Below, piece by piece: positions 41,440 through 50,123 of a stretch of DNA of 64,000 nucleotides. The stretch's first letter is position 1; each line of letters begins with the position of its first letter. This stretch comes from Promethearchaeota archaeon. Lineage in GTDB: Archaea > Asgardarchaeota > Lokiarchaeia > Sigyniarchaeales > SOKP01. A model generated the notes under the pieces. That model saw nothing but the letters and a program-made list of their open reading frames with translations. It made no database searches and had not been told where the DNA came from. Both the position numbers and the translations under genes were made by a program. The DNA lies in assembly GCA_030599585.1 (NCBI GenBank), contig JAUVNS010000003.1, positions 128,001 to 192,000 of the forward strand, given 5' to 3'.

Positions 41440-41658
41440 ATGGCTAAAAAGAAACATAGCTTTGCCTGGTCGCCTATTCGGAGATTAATGAAACAACAGG
41501 GCGCAAGCATCGTAGCTAGAAACGCAGTAGATCTTTTAATTGATCATCTCGAAAAGACTGCTACTTCTTTAACTGAACAAGCTCGAGCTTTTACCATGCA
41601 TGCTAACCGAAAGAAAATCACAAAGAACGACTTATTACTCTCAATTAAGTATTTATAG
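41440..41658 (+). CDS. Archaeal histone (HMf-like)
   Basis: PIRRLMK..GA..V...A...L...HANRKKITKND histone fold; GGAGG SD; T-rich terminator near 41692-41710. Confidence 0.93.
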   Translation: MAKKKHSFAWSPIRRLMKQQGASIVARNAVDLLIDHLEKTATSLTEQARAFTMHANRKKITKNDLLLSIKYL

Positions 41659-41763
41659 AGAGAATTTTTCGTATCAGACTTAGATTAAATCTTTTTTTTT
41701 ATTTTTTTCTTATTATTTGTTAATACTTAATAATAAAAGCGATTTATATTTTTATCGTAGAAC

Positions 41764-42078
41764 ATGAGTGATAATACTAGCACCGAAGAAACTGGATTAA
41801 TAAAAGCACCGTTATGGGACTTAATGCTATTTACAAACGATTGCTATCCTGGTTGTAGTTGTGACGACGATTTTTTTGATATGACCGTAGATCGTGTAAA
41901 AAAGTGGGTGTTAACCCACGACGAATCAGAAGTAATTCAACAAATTGACCAACTATTATCGAACGATGATACTGATGTTGGAAACATCCAGATTCAAACG
42001 AATATTCCATTTCAATCAGAAGAGGAATTTAAAGAATGGTTATTAGAGTGGAAAAAACTCATTAAAGAATCACAATAG
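41764..42078 (+). CDS. Small acidic hypothetical protein
   Basis: 104-aa ORF with a paralog 1.4 kb downstream. Confidence 0.75.
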   Translation: MSDNTSTEETGLIKAPLWDLMLFTNDCYPGCSCDDDFFDMTVDRVKKWVLTHDESEVIQQIDQLLSNDDTDVGNIQIQTNIPFQSEEEFKEWLLEWKKLIKESQ

Positions 42079-42113
42079 GTGTGTCATATTAAAGAATTAA
42101 AAGAAACAAAAGT

Positions 42114-43079
42114 TCAATCGAAATCTAAATCGTGTCGGATCATAGGATTTTTATCCATGCATTCAACTCCAAATTGACATAGCTCACAACCCACAGGAAA
42201 ATTATGCGCTTTGATTTTCCAATTAATTCGACGACTGTAAGCTTTAAGAATTGGTTTAAGGCGTGGAACCATCTCTCTTGCGACTTTATTACGATATTTA
42301 TTGCATTTTGTTTTATTATAGCCTTTTTCAGTAATCGCATTAGCGGGACAATTTTTTGCACATTCTCTACAAGTAGCTTTAGCATAATATAAACAATTTG
42401 CATAAGGTTCATCACTTCTTCTCGGGGTAACTTTAAGCGGTGCATTTGTAATCACCGAAGCTAATCGAATATTACACCCTAAATCAGTAATCAAGCCTTC
42501 ATGTAATCCAAAGGTCCCTAATCCCGCGGCAAAAGCAACATGGTTTTCAGACCATGTAGAATAAAAATCTTTTTTTGCAACTAAAGTATAAGCCTCGCTA
42601 AGTTTTCCCGAAATAGCGTTATACCCTTTTTTTTGTAAAAATTCAACGGTTTGCTCCATTATATAATTTCTAAAGTCCTTAGCAAAATTCCTGGCAATAG
42701 AGTAAATCTCTGCTGGTAAAGTTATCTTTGCTAATTTAATTGGAGTAATACTTTTCTTTCTAATCTCATCAGTAAACGGAAATACTATAGAGATAATATA
42801 AAGATCTGATGCTGGTAATTGTTTTTGGCCACTCGCTAACCACATTTCCAAGGGTGTATAATGTTCATATCCTACAGACTCTTTAAATTTTAAAAAAATA
42901 GGGTCATTACCTTGAGCAACACCAATTAAAGGTTGAGAGAAAATGTTTCCACTCCCATATTTCTCAGGAAGACGGTTAAGTTCACTACTTTCAAATTTTT
43001 CTTTTAAATTTTCCATTAATATATCTTTCATGATTAATCTCAAAACATAATTATATTTACTCTTGTACAATATCGTCAA
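42114..43079 (-). CDS. QueG/RdhA-like 2x[4Fe-4S] protein (epoxyqueuosine reductase-like)
   Basis: WSENHVAFAAGLGTFG, RLASVIT, C..C..CPANAI...C and GCELCQFGVEC. Confidence 0.8.
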   Translation of the reverse strand: MTILYKSKYNYVLRLIMKDILMENLKEKFESSELNRLPEKYGSGNIFSQPLIGVAQGNDPIFLKFKESVGYEHYTPLEMWLASGQKQLPASDLYIISIVFPFTDEIRKKSITPIKLAKITLPAEIYSIARNFAKDFRNYIMEQTVEFLQKKGYNAISGKLSEAYTLVAKKDFYSTWSENHVAFAAGLGTFGLHEGLITDLGCNIRLASVITNAPLKVTPRRSDEPYANCLYYAKATCRECAKNCPANAITEKGYNKTKCNKYRNKVAREMVPRLKPILKAYSRRINWKIKAHNFPVGCELCQFGVECMDKNPMIRHDLDFD

Positions 43080-43163
43080 TTTTTTATTTATTTTTAACTC
43101 TTTAATGAAAAATCTCTACAACTTTCGAAACTTTTTAATCAATTCTACCTTATATCTTAAATT

Positions 43164-43409
43164 ATGAATTTTGAACATAATTCCGAAAAATATAACATAA
43201 TTAAATCTCCATTATGGGATTTAATGTTATCCATAAACGATTGTTATCCTGGTTGCGGTTGTGACGAAGATTATTTTGATATGACCTTAGAGCGTATAAA
43301 AAAGTGGGTGATAACCCACGACGAATTAGAGGCAATTCAACAAATTGACCAACTATTATCGAACGATAATATTGATGTTGGAGACATCCAGATGATGATC
43401 TTTTATTAG
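43164..43409 (+). pseudogene. C-terminally truncated paralog of 41764..42078
   Basis: High DNA similarity to about 41801-41993, ending at ACATCCAGAT (43393) and followed by MIFY-stop; the last ~28 aa of the paralog are missing. Confidence 0.6.
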
Positions 43410-43487
43410 TATACTTTTATATATTTACTTTTTAGTCGAATGTTTAGCTAGCTTTAAAGATTATTTTTTGAGAAATTTATGTCAAGT

Positions 43488-44024
43488 TCATGCTTCAAAA
43501 GATTTTGAATTTATTTTATTTAAGCCTCTTTTAGTTAATATTCCAATAATTGCTCCAACAATAGATAATGCTGCACCAATAAATGGAGTAATCATCCCAA
43601 AATGAAAATTGTATACTCTCCAAAAATCGTGTTCAGGATAACTAATACTTTGAGTAAATGTATAAAATATAATCTCTATTGCAACTATATAAATAATTGC
43701 AGTACATAATTCGAAAACTCCCGCTATTATCCATAAAATCTCAGCACTTAATTGAGCTTTTTTCTCTCTGACAACAAATAAGGTAGAAATTATAATTGCA
43801 ATTGAGCTGCTTAATATTAAAATAGTCGTTATAAGACCAGGGATTAATAATTCGGCATGTAAAAAGTCAAATTCACCAACTGTAATTCGTTCAATTAACC
43901 CCCACATCCAAATATTCTCGTCATATACGGATATACTATACCATGTTGGAATAAAAATGCCAATAATAGACAGAATTCCTCCAATTAAAGGTAATAACCA
44001 ATAATATTTTTTGATTATTGTCAA
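43488..44024 (-). CDS. Four-TM membrane protein
   Basis: 4 TM segments with a W-rich first loop (PTW...IWMWGL). Confidence 0.75.
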   Translation of the reverse strand: MTIIKKYYWLLPLIGGILSIIGIFIPTWYSISVYDENIWMWGLIERITVGEFDFLHAELLIPGLITTILILSSSIAIIISTLFVVREKKAQLSAEILWIIAGVFELCTAIIYIVAIEIIFYTFTQSISYPEHDFWRVYNFHFGMITPFIGAALSIVGAIIGILTKRGLNKINSKSFEA

Positions 44025-44201
44025 AATTTTATCACTCTAATTATTTGTCTATTAAATAATATTAGAACGGATACTTAAGAATTGATCCCTTGATAAGTGG
44101 CTTTTACAAAGTCTAGGGTTGAACTTACCCTAACCAAAATGTATTTTTTAAATCGATGCTTCTTTATATTATATCTACAAAAACAAGATTTTTGATTTGA
44201 T

Positions 44202-44849
44202 ATGGCTGATAAAATTAGTAATGAACAGAAGCTTAACGGAAAAGAAAGAGAGATTTTATTTCAATCTATGGATGTGATCCTTGGAAATCTTCAAGACAAT
44301 ATGGAACATTTAAGCAAACCCAAACATTTTTCACATACTCAGAAATTTATCGATCTGGTCTATGATGGGTTAATAAAGAAGAGAAAATTCTTCTTATTAG
44401 CAAGTGGGCGCTCTGCTTTTATTTTACAGTGCTTTGCGACAAGACTAGTCCACCTTGGAGCAAATGTTTATATGGTTACTAATCTGGGGTCAATACCTGC
44501 ACTAACAAATGAGGATGTTTTAATAGTTCTTTCTGGATCGGGAACAACATCGATCGTGGTAAGTCTTCTCAAAAATTACGTGAATACCGCTAAACCTTTT
44601 GGTATAATTTCAATTACATCCCATCCTGAGACTATTATAGGGAGAGTAGCTGATATTACTATAAAGCTGAAGGGCCGTACTAAAAGAGATAAGATTGATC
44701 TTCACGACGATACCGCAATTCTTACCCCTGAAGGAACTATGTTTGAAATAGCTGCTTTCGTATATTTGGATGCTATAATCGCTGAGCTTGCAATTAAAAT
44801 GGGAAAAACTAACGAAGACATGCTAAGGAAGCACTCAGAGACTATTTAA
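44202..44849 (+). CDS. hxlB: SIS-domain protein, 6-phospho-3-hexuloisomerase-like
   Basis: SGRS...FATRLVHLG, SGSGTT, PEGTMFE and a C-terminal H. Confidence 0.8.
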   Translation: MADKISNEQKLNGKEREILFQSMDVILGNLQDNMEHLSKPKHFSHTQKFIDLVYDGLIKKRKFFLLASGRSAFILQCFATRLVHLGANVYMVTNLGSIPALTNEDVLIVLSGSGTTSIVVSLLKNYVNTAKPFGIISITSHPETIIGRVADITIKLKGRTKRDKIDLHDDTAILTPEGTMFEIAAFVYLDAIIAELAIKMGKTNEDMLRKHSETI

Positions 44850-44872
44850 ACTACCTTTACTATACATTCTTT

Positions 44873-44945
44873 GTGCCCATTATAGTGTATTTACGAGAGT
44901 AGTCTTAGGACTAAAAATCGATGAGTAAATATCTCCCATGGGCAC
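44873..44945 (+). ncRNA. Candidate structured small RNA with H/ACA-like architecture
   Basis: Three stacked stems GTGCCCAT/ATGGGCAC, GTATTTAC/GTAAATAT and TAGTC/GACTA; internal pocket TATAGT and CTCCC; GA-rich K-turn-like loop. Confidence 0.45.
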
Positions 44946-44972
44946 GCTTTATCTTAAATCTAATTGTTTTTT

Positions 44973-45857
44973 CTAGTTGTTGTTGAAAAGTAGAGCACCA
45001 ATAGCCCCACAATATTCTGAATTTTTTAAAAAAATAGCTTTTTTCCTTTTGATTTTACAGAGTAATGATAGAATCTGTTTTAATGGTTTATTCTCTAATA
45101 GAAATCCTCCACAAAAAACGATATTTTTCAGGTTATAATTTTCAGCCGTAAGAGTAGCAATCGTACCAATATTTTCTCCAATAATTCCAATCAGTGAACT
45201 AATTAAATCTTCTTCTTTTAACGATTTGATATCAAAATCTTTTTTAATCTTGCCTAAAGAAGCTGCTGTATATTCTCTAAATAATTTATCAACTCTGGTA
45301 TCTTCAATATCGTAAATGTCAGCTACTTTTAAATCAATGCTAAATCGATTTCCCTTACGAACTAGTTCAATAGCATCAAAATATTCACCCATATTAAATA
45401 ATAGTTTAATTAGTCCCATAAAGAAACCTCCTCCCATTGCAGATCCCCCCAAATGTTCAATCTTGTCCCCTTTCATGACCAATGAAGTCCCTGTACCTAA
45501 CGTGACAATAAGCGATGGAGGTAATGCTTTCTTCTTGTAAGATTCATGAAGAAATTCTAGCCCTACTATATTTGCTTCAAATTCGTTGATTAAGTTAGTA
45601 TTAATGCTGTTTGAATATTTTTTATAAAGCTTATAAGCTTTTCCACCGGTAAAATTAATCATATTAAATTTACTTTTATTTTCGTCAAGAAAATCCTCTA
45701 TTCCCTTAAAATTGGTCTCTCCTATTTTAAGGATAATTTCGTTATGTTTAAGATAAGAAATCTTCGTGAGACTTTGACCAATATCAATTCCAATTGTATC
45801 AGAGGGGATATTAAATTGCGTTTGTTCTAAGAGTATTTTTGTAGTGTTTTTCTCCAA
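44973..45857 (-). CDS. Type II pantothenate kinase (CoaW/eukaryotic PanK family)
   Basis: DIGQSLTK, TGG, NEFEA...G, LGTGTS, GGSAMGGG and G....DLKVADIY...AASLGK. Confidence 0.85.
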   Translation of the reverse strand: MEKNTTKILLEQTQFNIPSDTIGIDIGQSLTKISYLKHNEIILKIGETNFKGIEDFLDENKSKFNMINFTGGKAYKLYKKYSNSINTNLINEFEANIVGLEFLHESYKKKALPPSLIVTLGTGTSLVMKGDKIEHLGGSAMGGGFFMGLIKLLFNMGEYFDAIELVRKGNRFSIDLKVADIYDIEDTRVDKLFREYTAASLGKIKKDFDIKSLKEEDLISSLIGIIGENIGTIATLTAENYNLKNIVFCGGFLLENKPLKQILSLLCKIKRKKAIFLKNSEYCGAIGALLFNNN

Positions 45858-45922
45858 ATTCTAAAACAACTCCTAATATTTTAATAAAGATTTATTTGAT
45901 TATTTAATTTTAATATTTAGTA

Positions 45923-47356
45923 ATGATTGAGAACTCTAAAGTTAATAGCACTGAAGTTGCTATAACCAAAAACGATAGTCCGGCTAAGGCTATAAACGAT
46001 GGAATTAAATTACTTGGTGGGATTTCAAGGTTTATTGGAAAAGAAGATAGTATTTTTATCAAAATTAATTTAAGAGCACCTAACGGCTTTCCTATTAATG
46101 TCAATATGGATTCCCTAAGAACATTAATTATATTGTGTAAGGATGCAGGAGCAAAAAAAATATATGTTGGGGGGTTTCCAGATTACGGTGTAAAAACCAG
46201 CACGCTTAATGACACATTAGGGCTCAAATCTTATTTAGAAAACCTTGGAGCAGTATTTATATCCTTGGATGATCCAGCAACATCTCACTTTAGTAGCATC
46301 GAAGTAAACGGAAAAAATATCGAATATCCAACAAGAGTGCTTGAATCGGATAAATTAATTATACTCAATCAAGTAAGCGTTGACCCCTTATTCAAATGCA
46401 CGCTTTCACTATTGAATTGTTATTCCTTAGCATCTTCTAATTCTCAGAAAATTGATAAGTTAGTTAGGAGTGGGAAAGATTATTTGTTATTAGATCAATA
46501 CAAGCAAGATTTATTATCAAATATTCTCGATGTTTTCACGATTAAAAAACCTTGTTTAGTTATAAACGACATGTTCTATTTCTTAGAAAGCGCCGGTCCC
46601 TTTATTTACAAGGATTCAAACTTAATTCGCACAGGCTTAGTAGTTAGTGGATTTGATGCGGTAGCAGTGGACTTAATCACAATAAATCTATTAAAAATTG
46701 ATTTATTAGATTGTGATATCCTCTTAGAAGCTAGAAATAGAAAATTAGGAATAACTAATGTTTCTAAAATTAATTTAAAAGGCGAAAGTCTTGATGATAA
46801 TAAGTTATCAGTTAATTTCACGGTTAATAAATTGAATGAAATTACGATTAATAACACATATCTGCAAACGGGAAGAATTTGTTCTGGATGCTTCAAAGAG
46901 GCGTATCATCTATTGAATTTTATGAAAACTCACATGACAAAAGATTTAAAGTACATAAGAAAACAGTCAGTGCTGATCGGTGAGAATCCTCTTGAACCCG
47001 ATACCGTCGAAAATATTATAGTTTTTGGAGACTGTGCAGTAAAAACTACAAAGAATAGTGATTTTCGACATATTCAAGTGCTAAAAAAAGATACCATCAT
47101 AACAACCGTAGGAGATAAAGTAAAGAAGGAGAAATCTTCTAAAAAACCCCCTATCGTGAAAGAGAAAATAAACAAATCCGTCATTGAACTTCCGGGATGT
47201 CCACCAGATATGCATACGAGCTTAAATTCTATCCTTAAATATTATGGAAAAACGCAAGCTCCGAATCTTTCCTTCTACAATGCTCTATTAAGTCAATTTA
47301 TCATTAAAAAATCGGAAAAACTTATTACAAAAAAGGGAGCCACCGGCGATGTTTAA
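45923..47356 (+). CDS. DUF362 family Fe-S protein
   Basis: LLGGISRFI...IFIKIN, DAVAVD, CSGC, FGDC and PGCPP. Confidence 0.78.
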   Translation: MIENSKVNSTEVAITKNDSPAKAINDGIKLLGGISRFIGKEDSIFIKINLRAPNGFPINVNMDSLRTLIILCKDAGAKKIYVGGFPDYGVKTSTLNDTLGLKSYLENLGAVFISLDDPATSHFSSIEVNGKNIEYPTRVLESDKLIILNQVSVDPLFKCTLSLLNCYSLASSNSQKIDKLVRSGKDYLLLDQYKQDLLSNILDVFTIKKPCLVINDMFYFLESAGPFIYKDSNLIRTGLVVSGFDAVAVDLITINLLKIDLLDCDILLEARNRKLGITNVSKINLKGESLDDNKLSVNFTVNKLNEITINNTYLQTGRICSGCFKEAYHLLNFMKTHMTKDLKYIRKQSVLIGENPLEPDTVENIIVFGDCAVKTTKNSDFRHIQVLKKDTIITTVGDKVKKEKSSKKPPIVKEKINKSVIELPGCPPDMHTSLNSILKYYGKTQAPNLSFYNALLSQFIIKKSEKLITKKGATGDV

Positions 47357-48908
47357 CGAAGATTTAGAGAAAAACAGGCTTAACATCTTAAATTTTAATT
47401 CAAAGGTAAGCATAGTTGAAAATCCTGGAAAATTGGATGAGAAAGTTAGAATTCCTTTAACTCCCATTCAGATTGACGCTTTTTTATTATATAATTTATA
47501 TACCGTTCTTTACCCTCGGTTCATAAGTGAACAACAGAATAATCTTGATATTGTCGTGTCCGATTTCGATATTGACAATATTGTATTTGGCGTCTATTTG
47601 TATAAGACTAATAAACCAGGAGTTCATGAAACTGTCGAAATTTTACCAAACGACTTAGTTAGAATTAAACAAGAGAATTTAGGTGATATAAACAAAGTAT
47701 TCAATAAATTTCAATCATCGATCTTAAAAAATCACGGCGTTAAGGTTAATAATATCAGAATAATAAAAAAAAGAGGTTTAGATTTAATAAATAGTCATTA
47801 TGAAAAGTTTAGTAATTCTACCAATTCAGACATATTCCGAAATTTTTTGGATTTAATGCAAATATCTCTTAATGACAATTTAATAATCGTGTATCCTGAG
47901 CCAAACATTTTCAAATTTTTAAGAAATAATTTAAGTCTTCTTGAAGGTATCAGATTGTCATCAATCTTTGCTTTTATTGAAGATTTAATTCCTTCGTTTA
48001 ATGTTTTGGTGGCAGTAGTATCTAATCAGTTATCATTTGGCATAAATCTGAAGAAAACCGAGAGTAATAAGATAAAATCTGATATTGAAGTTAAATTACT
48101 ACCGATAGAAACGGAAGATTACGATTTAAATTCTTATGGGTTACTTACAGATGTTAAGGTAGCTCAGCAGACCTTCATGGGGGAAAATGTATACAACATT
48201 AACTTCAACGTCATCTTAGAATTCCTCTCAGAATTATTTGAGAATGAAATACCGTTTAATAAGGAGATTTTGAGATTATTCTTTCAAAAGTTTTTGTATG
48301 GAATAAGAGCATATGATTTACATTGGAGTATGTACCCCAAACCTAAAACCTTTAGTCCGTTAAGTAGATTTTTAATAAGACTTTTAGGCATAGATTTGAA
48401 TTTACAAAAACTTTCACACTGGGCTATTCCTGACCATATTTTCGGGTTATTCGATACATTTGTGGGGTTAAACGCAAAAATTTTACTCATTCTCACTTCC
48501 AATAAGAAAAAAAACGATGTTAATAACCAAACACCAATTACGATACTACTTGAAATAGAAAACGGAACTCTCACGAAACTGAAAAATGTAACTGAAAAAG
48601 AACTCCTCCCTGGGATTGACCCCGAATCTTTGGATTCAATAAGGTTTACCTATTCTGAGAGGTTTGGTTTTATAACTAATATTATAATCCTTAATAAAAA
48701 CCTTATAGAAACGATTTTAAATACATTTATCTTCAAGTTCCATAAAATATCTTGGTTTTCAATCTTGAAAGTTCTGAAAATGATGAAAAAACCTCAAAAT
48801 TTTCAGATTTATCCCGAAATACCTCCATATTCTCTCTTAAAGAAAAAAAATAGTTTCTTTTTTATGAAGAATTTGCTCAAGATTGCGATAGATATGCACA
48901 ACTTCTAA
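47349..48908 (+). CDS. Hypothetical protein
   Basis: 519-aa ORF overlapping the upstream stop by 8 bp. Confidence 0.75.
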   Translation: MFNEDLEKNRLNILNFNSKVSIVENPGKLDEKVRIPLTPIQIDAFLLYNLYTVLYPRFISEQQNNLDIVVSDFDIDNIVFGVYLYKTNKPGVHETVEILPNDLVRIKQENLGDINKVFNKFQSSILKNHGVKVNNIRIIKKRGLDLINSHYEKFSNSTNSDIFRNFLDLMQISLNDNLIIVYPEPNIFKFLRNNLSLLEGIRLSSIFAFIEDLIPSFNVLVAVVSNQLSFGINLKKTESNKIKSDIEVKLLPIETEDYDLNSYGLLTDVKVAQQTFMGENVYNINFNVILEFLSELFENEIPFNKEILRLFFQKFLYGIRAYDLHWSMYPKPKTFSPLSRFLIRLLGIDLNLQKLSHWAIPDHIFGLFDTFVGLNAKILLILTSNKKKNDVNNQTPITILLEIENGTLTKLKNVTEKELLPGIDPESLDSIRFTYSERFGFITNIIILNKNLIETILNTFIFKFHKISWFSILKVLKMMKKPQNFQIYPEIPPYSLLKKKNSFFFMKNLLKIAIDMHNF

Positions 48909-48915
48909 TTTAAAA

Positions 48916-50010
48916 TTATTTTATGAATCCCTTGGCTTTCAGTAATTCTGCATTTAATATTGCTCCGCCCGCTGCGCCTCTAACGGTATTATGGCTTAAC
49001 GCCACAAATTTGTAATCTAAAATTGTGTCCTTCCTTAAACGACCAATAGTAACCGCCATACCTTTGTCGTTATCTCTGTCTTTTTTAGGTTGAGGGCGAT
49101 CTAAATTATCTAGGTATATAATTGGTTGCTTTGGAGCAAAGGGTAGATTAAGTTCTTGAGGGATCGATCTGAATTCTCTCCAAATTTTAATAATGTCTTC
49201 TTTACTCGGAATTTGATTTTTAAATTTAATATTAACAGAAGCAGTATGACCATCCGTAACAGGTACCCTAATGCAAGTTGCACTTATTTGAATCGAATTA
49301 TCGTTAACAATTCCATTCCCGTTAACATGTCCTAAAATTTTGAGTGGTTCTTTCTCAGATTTTTCTTCTTCTCCTCCTATGTAAGGGACAATGTTATCCA
49401 ACATATCTAAGGAGGGAACTCCGGGATAACCTGCTCCAGAAACAGCTTGAAGAGTCGTTACTATCAATTTTTCAACTTTATATCCTTTTCTTTCCAAAGC
49501 AAAAATAGGAGCCATGTAGCTTTGAATAGAACAGTTTGGTTTAACTGTCACAAAACCACTCGACAAATTTCTATTTTTTTGCTGGATGGGGATTACATCT
49601 ATATGATCGTAGTTAATTTCAGGTATTATCATAGGCACGTCGGGAGTCCATCTATTTGCTGAGCTATTGCTTATAACAGGAATACCCTTTTTAGCGTACG
49701 CAAACTCAATTTCTTTCGTATCTTCCTTCTTAGGTAAATCCATTGCAGAAAACACAAAACTAACTTCATTTTTAAGAGAATTAAAATCTTGGACGTCCCG
49801 GACCATTAAATTTCTAACTTCTGAAGGAATATCCATAGACATTTGCCATCTTCCTTTGACAGCTTCTCTATATGGTTTTCCTGCTGATCTGGGTGATGCT
49901 GCAACATCTACAATTTCAAACCATGGATGTCCAATCAATAGACTAATATAATTTTGACCAACGATCCCAGTCGCTCCTAAAATACCAACCTTAATTTTTT
50001 CAGAAGACAT
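48916..50010 (-). CDS. asd: Aspartate-semialdehyde dehydrogenase (archaeal/fungal type)
   Basis: GATGIVGQ, PNCS, QAVSGAGYPGV and HNTVRGAAGG. Confidence 0.95.
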   Translation of the reverse strand: MSSEKIKVGILGATGIVGQNYISLLIGHPWFEIVDVAASPRSAGKPYREAVKGRWQMSMDIPSEVRNLMVRDVQDFNSLKNEVSFVFSAMDLPKKEDTKEIEFAYAKKGIPVISNSSANRWTPDVPMIIPEINYDHIDVIPIQQKNRNLSSGFVTVKPNCSIQSYMAPIFALERKGYKVEKLIVTTLQAVSGAGYPGVPSLDMLDNIVPYIGGEEEKSEKEPLKILGHVNGNGIVNDNSIQISATCIRVPVTDGHTASVNIKFKNQIPSKEDIIKIWREFRSIPQELNLPFAPKQPIIYLDNLDRPQPKKDRDNDKGMAVTIGRLRKDTILDYKFVALSHNTVRGAAGGAILNAELLKAKGFIK

Positions 50011-50123
50011 AATAATTCGAGTTTATATTATATTTTTAACCTCTACAATGAGCGTTTATTGAATAATTTTATTAAATTTTATTTGTTATTTTATTATAGT
50101 AAAGAAAAACTAAGCGATAAAAG

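Noticed and set aside
44114-44132. TAGGGT-N7-ACCCTA palindrome between divergent genes
   Set aside because: Only 6 bp and a single occurrence; cannot be distinguished from chance
44881-44937. CACTATA and GGGAGA on the minus strand resemble T7 promoter pieces (vector contamination)
   Set aside because: The pieces are separated, in the wrong order, and lack TAATACGACT; coincidental
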